The notes under the pieces were generated by a model, which did no database searches, had not been told where the DNA came from, and saw only the letters and a list, made by a program, of their open reading frames with translations. Of a stretch of DNA of 64,000 nt, positions 58,538 to 64,000 are shown piece after piece. Source of the DNA: Bdellovibrionales bacterium (GTDB taxonomy: Bacteria; Bdellovibrionota; Bdellovibrionia; Bdellovibrionales; UBA1609); NCBI GenBank assembly GCA_007128005.1, contig SKYF01000104.1:1232-65231 (forward strand), written 5' to 3'. How positions within the stretch are numbered: the first letter of the stretch is position 1; every line of letters starts with the position of its first letter. The translations under genes were made by a program, and so were the position numbers.

Positions 58538-58895
58538 AGCCTCTGACTCCTGATTCTTTCTGCCAAAATTCAATCCTATATTTCCCATCCACAGAGATAT
58601 AAAATTCCTGTGTCTGGTGGCCCTCTGAAAGCTCCCGCTTGAAGTAACCATTTTCTATTAATTCAAAGACCATCTCACCATTGACTTGCTGACGACTGCG
58701 AAGCATGTCGAACCAAAGCTCTGCCTTGTTCTCGCTCGTCCGACCCAGATCCACCCTCAAGAGCAGCTCTTCACAAAAGAAGGCCGTCTGATGCCTTACA
58801 GCTTGATGGGAAGTCAAAGACCAAGCCATGGCCGGAAATAAACAGAGAACAGAAAGAAGAATTTTAAAGAAGCGCAATAACCCCTCTTGAATCAT
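58440..58895 (-). CDS. hypothetical secreted protein
   Basis: The ATG at 58895 (MIQEGLLRFFKILLSVLCLFPAMA) gives a signal-like N-terminus. The 3' end overlaps the convergent hydrolase gene by 98 nt. Confidence 0.45.
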   Translation of the reverse strand: MIQEGLLRFFKILLSVLCLFPAMAWSLTSHQAVRHQTAFFCEELLLRVDLGRTSENKAELWFDMLRSRQQVNGEMVFELIENGYFKRELSEGHQTQEFYISVDGKYRIEFWQKESGVRGFSLWMMEDAKEVRFVQEDDLDEGSPWWSLPVH

Positions 58896-59017
58896 AGACA
58901 CCCCCCCCGGGCTGAATTCGTTAACAACAACCCTAAACGAGTTCTCTATATTTTTCTAGGGCTTACTAAGGGTATCTTTAGGTCTGTAAAATATATTCTG
59001 TCGGGAGGGCCAGTTAT

Positions 59018-59998
59018 TTACTTTTTTCTCAGGAGGTTCAGGAATTCGCTGTCGCTGGATAGAATCATCTCCGTCTCTGGTTGAATCGCCTTCTCATAGG
59101 CCTGAAGCTTCCGTAAAAACTGATAAAATCCCGCATCCCTGCCAACCGATTGCGCGTAAATCACAATGGCCTCGGCCTCCGCTTTACCCAAGATAGCTTG
59201 TGATCTCTGGTAAGCCTCGGACTCAATAGATTGAAGTTCCCGGCTCAAGCGCCCCTCAATTCGCGCCTGCTCCCCCTTACCCAAAGAGCGGAGCTTTTCG
59301 GCAATTCGCACCCGTTCAGAGATCATACGCTCATAGACTCTCTGTTCAACGCTCTGCTCATAGGATATACGTCGGAGCTGAACATCCACCAACTGCACTC
59401 CAAATTGCTGGAGACGTTCCTCAGCTTGTTCAGCAATCATCTGACTCAATCGCTCTCGCCCCACAACTATCTTATCAATCTCACCAATGACTTCTTCTTC
59501 TACGCCCTCAATATCCGTTTCAGACCTCTCCCGCCGCTCCTCTTTGCGTCTTTCAATCTCATCTAAAATGTCATTGGAGTTTCTCACCGCCTCAACCAAT
59601 TTATAGTTGGAAATAACATCTCGAGTGGCTGCATCCAAAATGGTATCCAAACGGGTGCGCACACCCGCCTCACTCTGCACCGTCTGAATAAACCTTAGGG
59701 CATCAACCACCCTATAGCGAGCCGTCGTGTCCACTCTAATAAACTTATTGTCCCCAGTGCGGATCTCATTGGGCTCTCCATCCCAGGACATAATCCGCCT
59801 GTCAACATAGCGAAGCTCTTGGACAAAGGGCAACTTGAAGTGCAGACCTGCTTTAGTGATGGGCTCACCAATCGGTCGACCAAACTGAGTCACCACAACT
59901 TGCTTGGCTTCAGGAACAATATAAAGCGAGTTTATGGCTACCACCAGAACCACCACAGTTAGGGAAGCAATAATAAGTGGAAGGATACTCCTTATCAT
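59018..59998 (-). CDS. hflC: HflC (SPFH/band-7 protease modulator)
   Basis: N-terminal TM plus an SPFH domain. Its start overlaps the hflK stop by 1 nt. Confidence 0.85.
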   Translation of the reverse strand: MIRSILPLIIASLTVVVLVVAINSLYIVPEAKQVVVTQFGRPIGEPITKAGLHFKLPFVQELRYVDRRIMSWDGEPNEIRTGDNKFIRVDTTARYRVVDALRFIQTVQSEAGVRTRLDTILDAATRDVISNYKLVEAVRNSNDILDEIERRKEERRERSETDIEGVEEEVIGEIDKIVVGRERLSQMIAEQAEERLQQFGVQLVDVQLRRISYEQSVEQRVYERMISERVRIAEKLRSLGKGEQARIEGRLSRELQSIESEAYQRSQAILGKAEAEAIVIYAQSVGRDAGFYQFLRKLQAYEKAIQPETEMILSSDSEFLNLLRKK

Positions 59999-61038
59999 TA
60001 ATTCTCCCTCCTTGTAGCCCTCTGTCCTGAGAGCCCCTCAGGACCAAATACAGGCAGAACCCCCTTTACAGCGGGGTCCACAATCGTAATTTTCTTCACT
60101 CTCTCAAAGAGAGCCTCCATCGTCTCCAAATAGAGCCTCTCCCTGGTGACTGCCGGAGCCCTGCGGTATTCTGCAAGCATCGAATTGAATTTATCGGCTT
60201 CTCCACGGGCTTGGTTGACAATGGCTTGAGCCCGCCCCTCAGCTTGAGCCACCGTCTGCTCAGCTCGGCCCCGTGCCTCGGGAATGACTTTATTGTAGCG
60301 AGCTTCAGCTTGGTTGATGAGCTTTTCCAACTCCTGTCGAGCTGCATTGACCTCATTAAAAGAGGGCCTCACACTCTCAGGGGGAAGGACATCTTGAAAT
60401 TCAATGGCAATCACTCGAATGCCCAAATCGTATTGGTCCAAAATTTCCTGGATCAAAAGCCTCGATTCAGAGGCCATCCCGGTTCTCTCAAAAACCGCAT
60501 TCACAAGACGATCTCCCACAACCCTGCGAATGATCGCCTCGGAGACATCGCGAATATTTTTCTGAGGGTCGTTTGTGGCAAACAAAAACTTATAGGGATC
60601 TGAAATCTGGTACTGCACCACCCACGCTACATCGGCGATGTTCAGATCTCCTGTCAGCATAAGAGACTCAGCCAACAAACTAGGCTTCCTATTGGAAGCC
60701 CCTACCTGTCTGTGAGTTTGAGTCGTGCGAAAGCCAAACTCCTCCTGCAGAATTTGCTGGGTCTGAAGCTTGTAGACTCTATCGACTCCGTAGGGCAACT
60801 TAAACTGAAGGCCCGGCCCCTTAGTCCCCACATAGCGGCCCAGCCGCAAAACTACCGCCTCCTCGTCCGGCTGCACTGTATAAAATAAGCCCACAGCCCC
60901 CCAAAGAAGCAGAACACCCGCCACCACGGCAGCTAAAGGAGTCCAAAGATTTCGTCCCTGAAAAAACCGTGACAGTTCTCTCAGTAACCGCTCAAATTCA
61001 TCATCACTTCGATGTCGTCCATTGTGTCCAAAACTCAT
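59998..61038 (-). CDS. hflK: HflK (SPFH/band-7 protease modulator)
   Basis: TM, an SPFH domain, and a coiled-coil (EARGRAEQTVAQAEGRAQAIVNQARGEADKF) typical of HflK. Confidence 0.85.
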   Translation of the reverse strand: MSFGHNGRHRSDDEFERLLRELSRFFQGRNLWTPLAAVVAGVLLLWGAVGLFYTVQPDEEAVVLRLGRYVGTKGPGLQFKLPYGVDRVYKLQTQQILQEEFGFRTTQTHRQVGASNRKPSLLAESLMLTGDLNIADVAWVVQYQISDPYKFLFATNDPQKNIRDVSEAIIRRVVGDRLVNAVFERTGMASESRLLIQEILDQYDLGIRVIAIEFQDVLPPESVRPSFNEVNAARQELEKLINQAEARYNKVIPEARGRAEQTVAQAEGRAQAIVNQARGEADKFNSMLAEYRRAPAVTRERLYLETMEALFERVKKITIVDPAVKGVLPVFGPEGLSGQRATRREN

Positions 61039-61085
61039 AATGTGGGGAAACTAACCCCAATCCATGCTCGAGTGCAAGAGCACAA

Positions 61086-61897
61086 GGTGCCAGGCCGTGT
61101 TTGGTTACGCTTCATGTTGAAAGCCCGGACAGAGCTTCCGATAAGCGGACACAGTGGGCTCTCTAACTGTCTCTATTTTGCCATAGGCCCTGGCAGCCAA
61201 TTTGCTACCCCACTTCGCATGGCCAGACACAGAGTGGTTCTTCAGTCAGAGTTCCCCTATAATATCACTGCAAGATGCATCAACCGAGAGTGGTTCAAAC
61301 TCCCCATGCAGTACGTCTGGGATGTTTTTTGCGATGAGCTCAGGAGAACTTGTGAAGATCACAACTTGGTCATCCACTCTTTTGTATTGATGAGCAATCA
61401 CTTTCACCTCATCGCATCCACCCCAAACGCAAATATCAGCCAGTGCACCCATCAATTCATGACTCGAATAAGTCGAAAACTCACACGTGCAGGCAATAGA
61501 ATGAATGAGACCTTTGCCGGAAGACACCATAAGACGATTCTGCAATCATCGAACTATTTTCTAAATGCATATAAGTACAATTACAGAAACCCCGTGGAGG
61601 CTGGTGCTTGTGTGCGAGTTGAAGACTATCCCTTCAGCACCCTACAAATTCTTCTTGGAAAAATAGAGTCTTCACTTCTGCTGGAAGAGGACACGACATT
61701 CCTCTGCGATCCTACGGGGACATTAAAATGGCTAAACACAACGCCAGAAAAAATCAAACTGGACGCTGTAAAACTTGCCTTAAAAAAACAGTACTTTACA
61801 TCAAAGATAGACAGGAAAACTCGAAAACCGATTTTGGGAGAGGCCGACTGCTTATAAGAAAATTGGCTCGCCGCATATCCAAACACGGCCTGGCACC
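61086..61897 (+). mobile_element. RAYT/IS200-like Y1-transposase unit bounded by 19-bp perfect inverted repeats
   Basis: GGTGCCAGGCCGTGTTTGG (61086-61104) is the exact reverse complement of CCAAACACGGCCTGGCACC (61879-61897). The repeats bracket the transposase-like gene, and the right repeat ends 3 nt from the tRNA-Ser 3' end. Confidence 0.7.
61219..61857 (+). CDS. REP-associated tyrosine transposase (RAYT) / IS200-like Y1 transposase
   Basis: HUH motif in VLMSNHFHLIAS and a catalytic-Tyr region YKYNYRNPVEAG. ATG at 61219. The track ORF start at 61012 lies inside hflK. Confidence 0.75.
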   Translation: MARHRVVLQSEFPYNITARCINREWFKLPMQYVWDVFCDELRRTCEDHNLVIHSFVLMSNHFHLIASTPNANISQCTHQFMTRISRKLTRAGNRMNETFAGRHHKTILQSSNYFLNAYKYNYRNPVEAGACVRVEDYPFSTLQILLGKIESSLLLEEDTTFLCDPTGTLKWLNTTPEKIKLDAVKLALKKQYFTSKIDRKTRKPILGEADCL

Positions 61898-61900
61898 AAA

Positions 61901-61990
61901 TGGCGGAGAGGGTGAGATTCGAACTCACGAGGCCCGCAAAGGCCCGCCGGTTTTCAAGACCGGTGCTTTCAACCACTCAGCCACCTCTCC
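61901..61990 (-). tRNA. tRNA-Ser (anticodon UGA)
   Basis: 90 nt folded by hand on the minus strand: acceptor GGAGAGG/CCTCTCC, anticodon loop CTTGAAA, a long variable arm (CGGGCC-TTTG-CGGGCCTC), T-arm GTGAG-TTCGAAT-CTCAC, and an encoded GCCA. Confidence 0.95.
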
Positions 61991-62108
61991 GCAGAATGAT
62001 TTTTGTCTGTTTCGGTTAACATAGAGGACTCAGCTCTGGCCACTGGAAAATCAACCCTTGCAGTGAAATCCCGAGCTGCAAAGCCCAGCTTCTGACAAAA
62101 TGCGTAAT

Positions 62109-63410
62109 TCAGCCTTTTTGCGAGGCCGGGATTTTATCCCTGCCGCCCATATAGGCTCTGAGGGCCTCCGGAATCAAAATAGACCCGTCGTCTTGCTGAT
62201 AGTTTTCAAGAATGGCGATCAGGGTTCGCCCCACAGCAAGGCCTGAACCATTGAGGGTGTGAACAAAGCGAGGCTTTGCCCCCTTGCCCTCGGGTCGGTA
62301 GCGAATATTGGCTCTTCTTGCCTGGAAGTCTTCAAAATTTGAGCAGGAGCTGATTTCACGATAGCCGGATGAGCCGGGCAACCAGACCTCTAAGTCAAAG
62401 CATTTGGCCGCTCCAAAGCCAATGTCCTTAGAGCAAAGGCTCACTCTGCGAAAAGCCAACTCCAAATCCTGAAGGATTTGCTCGGCGTGAGCGGTGAGCT
62501 TTTCATGCCAGTCATAGGATTGATCTGGGTGAGAAAAGATCATCAACTCAACTTTGTTAAACTGATGTTGGCGAATCAGCCCGCGGGTGTCCTTGCCATG
62601 ACTGCCCGCCTCAGAGCGAAAACAGGGCGAGTAAGCGCAGTACCTTAAGGGAAGCTCCTTTTCATCAAGAATCTCCTCTGCATAGTAGTTGGTCACAGGG
62701 ACTTCGGCTGTGGGAACCAAGTAGTAATCGGTCTCACTGAGGTGAAAGACGTCTTGTTTAAACTTTGGAAAATTACCTGTGCCTTGAAGGCTTTGGCTGT
62801 TAACAATAAAGGGTGGAATCATCTCCGCATAGCCATGCCTTTGTGAGTGGCAGTCCATCATAAACTGAATCAAGGCCCTTTCCAGTTGGGCGCCAGCCCC
62901 TTTAAGAAAAGCAAAGCGCGCTCCTGTGACTTTTCCAGCCCGTTCAAAATCCAAAATACCCAAGGTCTCCCCCAAGGCCACATGATCTTTAACTGGGAAG
63001 GAAAACTCCCTCTTTGGCCCCACTTCCTTGATCACCTCGTTGTCCTCTGCACTGTCACCTAAGGGCACAGAGGAATGAAGTCTATTGGGCAGGCTCAGGA
63101 GCATCAATTCTAGCTCTGCTGAGACCTCTTGGGCTAACTTGTCAAAGTCCTTCACTTGGCCACTGAGTTCCTGCATTTGGCTGAGTAACTCTGAGGCCTC
63201 TTCTTTTTCCCGTTTTCGTCGGGCGATCTCCTGACCTACGCGGTTTTGCTCGGCCCGGGCGGTCTCCATTTGGGTGAGGTAGCTCTTTCTCTTGGAGTTC
63301 AATTCCAGCAGATCATCCACCGCTGAGGCATCAGCCCCCCGATCCTTGAGGGATTGGCGGTACTCCTGGACAAAAGTGGGGTCTTTTTCAAGGGCTTTGA
63401 TATCAATCAT
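62109..63410 (-). CDS. serS: seryl-tRNA synthetase
   Basis: N-terminal coiled-coil arm and class II motifs ([43 protein letters not shown]). Confidence 0.95.
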   Translation of the reverse strand: MIDIKALEKDPTFVQEYRQSLKDRGADASAVDDLLELNSKRKSYLTQMETARAEQNRVGQEIARRKREKEEASELLSQMQELSGQVKDFDKLAQEVSAELELMLLSLPNRLHSSVPLGDSAEDNEVIKEVGPKREFSFPVKDHVALGETLGILDFERAGKVTGARFAFLKGAGAQLERALIQFMMDCHSQRHGYAEMIPPFIVNSQSLQGTGNFPKFKQDVFHLSETDYYLVPTAEVPVTNYYAEEILDEKELPLRYCAYSPCFRSEAGSHGKDTRGLIRQHQFNKVELMIFSHPDQSYDWHEKLTAHAEQILQDLELAFRRVSLCSKDIGFGAAKCFDLEVWLPGSSGYREISSCSNFEDFQARRANIRYRPEGKGAKPRFVHTLNGSGLAVGRTLIAILENYQQDDGSILIPEALRAYMGGRDKIPASQKG

Positions 63411-63442
63411 GGTCTTGGTCCTCTTCTAAACAGACAAGGCAG

Positions 63443-63739
63443 TCAGTGTCCCGGAGCCAGTAGAATGTACATTCGTAAAAGCATTCCGACCAAAACGCAA
63501 ACAAGATTGAACACGAGAACACTGAGGATGGACCATTTTTTTGCGACTTTGAGAAAGGCCAGCAGAGTCACCGTAATCACAAGGACAAAGGAAAATGTCC
63601 CAAATCCAATCATCTCCTGGCCAATGAGAGCCAAGGTCAAGCCCACAAAAGAGCCCGTCATGACTTTAAGGACAAAATTGAACACATCCAGGCCTGTGGC
63701 CTTAAAACGATATTGAACTCCATCCATAAACTGTCCCAT
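63443..63739 (-). CDS. small integral membrane hypothetical protein
   Basis: 98 aa with three hydrophobic helices. No family recognised. Confidence 0.45.
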   Translation of the reverse strand: MGQFMDGVQYRFKATGLDVFNFVLKVMTGSFVGLTLALIGQEMIGFGTFSFVLVITVTLLAFLKVAKKWSILSVLVFNLVCVLVGMLLRMYILLAPGH

Positions 63740-63758
63740 TCAAACATTCTCCAATGGA

Positions 63759-64000
63759 TCAGCCCCCCTGTAAAGCCTCAATCCGTCTTTGCAATTGAGC
63801 TCGGTCCGGAGCATTGGGGTTAAGAACAAAATAGTGTTTAAAAGCCTCTATGGCCCGGACCCTATCTCCCTGCATCAGAAAGACCTCGCCCTGCTCCCGG
63901 TAGATCTCAGGCAATCCCGACTCCTGGTTGGCTGCCTGGCGCAGCATGGAGATCGCCACATCCAGACTCCCACTCAGGCGATAGCACTGGGCAAGTCGAA
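63759..64000 (-). CDS. TPR-like protein, C-terminal part (gene starts beyond window end)
   Basis: The minus-strand frame stays open to position 64000 (..RLAQCYRLSGSLDVAISMLRQAANQ..). The sequence is TPR-like (IEAFKHYFVLNPNAPDRA). Confidence 0.5.
   Translation of the reverse strand, partial: RLAQCYRLSGSLDVAISMLRQAANQESGLPEIYREQGEVFLMQGDRVRAIEAFKHYFVLNPNAPDRAQLQRRIEALQGG

Noticed and set aside
58906-58925. Polylinker-like cluster CCCGGG-CT-GAATTC-GTTAAC (SmaI, EcoRI and HpaI sites within 20 bp)
   Set aside because: There is no flanking vector-like sequence, and the C8 run is the G-rich SD of the minus-strand gene. It is most simply coincidence in an intergenic region, so it is not reported as an engineering scar.
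61012-61218. N-terminal extensions of track ORFs (61012 RAYT, 40013 and 40946 TadE-like, 47149 YD protein, 57560 hydrolase, 55451-55555 GroES, 39001-39102 Flp-leader protein)
   Set aside because: The extensions run through the preceding gene or lack an SD. Internal ATGs with an SD and signal or pilin-like N-termini give better models.

Overview
Densely coding bacterial chromosomal window with about 75 protein genes, 2 tRNAs, no rRNA and no CRISPR. All calls come from reading the ORF translations and the DNA by eye. No searches were run, and family names are motif-level recognitions.

Housekeeping blocks, in order:
- Rrf2-sufBCDS-nfu Fe-S operon (-).
- tolQ-tolR-tolA-tolB, then glnE (+).
- Lipoprotein cyclophilin.
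- motA-motB stator pair (-).
- ABC-2 exporter and dus (-), then tRNA-Phe.
- Cys/Met PLP enzyme, uppP and a Ser/Thr kinase (-).
- Doubled Mla/MCE lipid ABC transporter (-).
- mdh-sucC-sucD-ndk, a PilF/PilW-like TPR lipoprotein and a RodZ-like gene (+).
- Ferredoxin, DnaQ-like exonuclease and nadE.
- groES-groEL (-), rmuC, hflK-hflC (-).
- serS with tRNA-Ser (-).

The accessory core is a complete Tad/Flp (type IVb) pilus locus at about 38.2-47.2 kb. It contains flp, a prepilin peptidase, three TadE-like pseudopilins, cpaB, a secretin, a fused CpaE(TadZ)-CpaF(TadA) ATPase and a single T2SSF platform gene. A YD/RHS-repeat secreted protein and small secreted proteins follow it directly.

This layout resembles what I recall of the Bdellovibrio host-interaction (hit) locus. 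The resemblance includes an 8-bp direct repeat spaced exactly 42 bp apart inside the small gene. Together with multiple stator pairs and a lysine-rich H1-like protein, the gene content suggests a Bdellovibrio-like predatory bacterium. That is an inference, not a verified identification.

Other notable items:
- A divergent Flp-leader protein with a Gly/Arg-rich body.
- An orphan T2SSF pair in a kinase operon.
- A RAYT/IS200-like gene bracketed by 19-bp perfect inverted repeats abutting tRNA-Ser.
- Sigma-28-like and sigma-54-like promoter motifs in the pilus/hit region.
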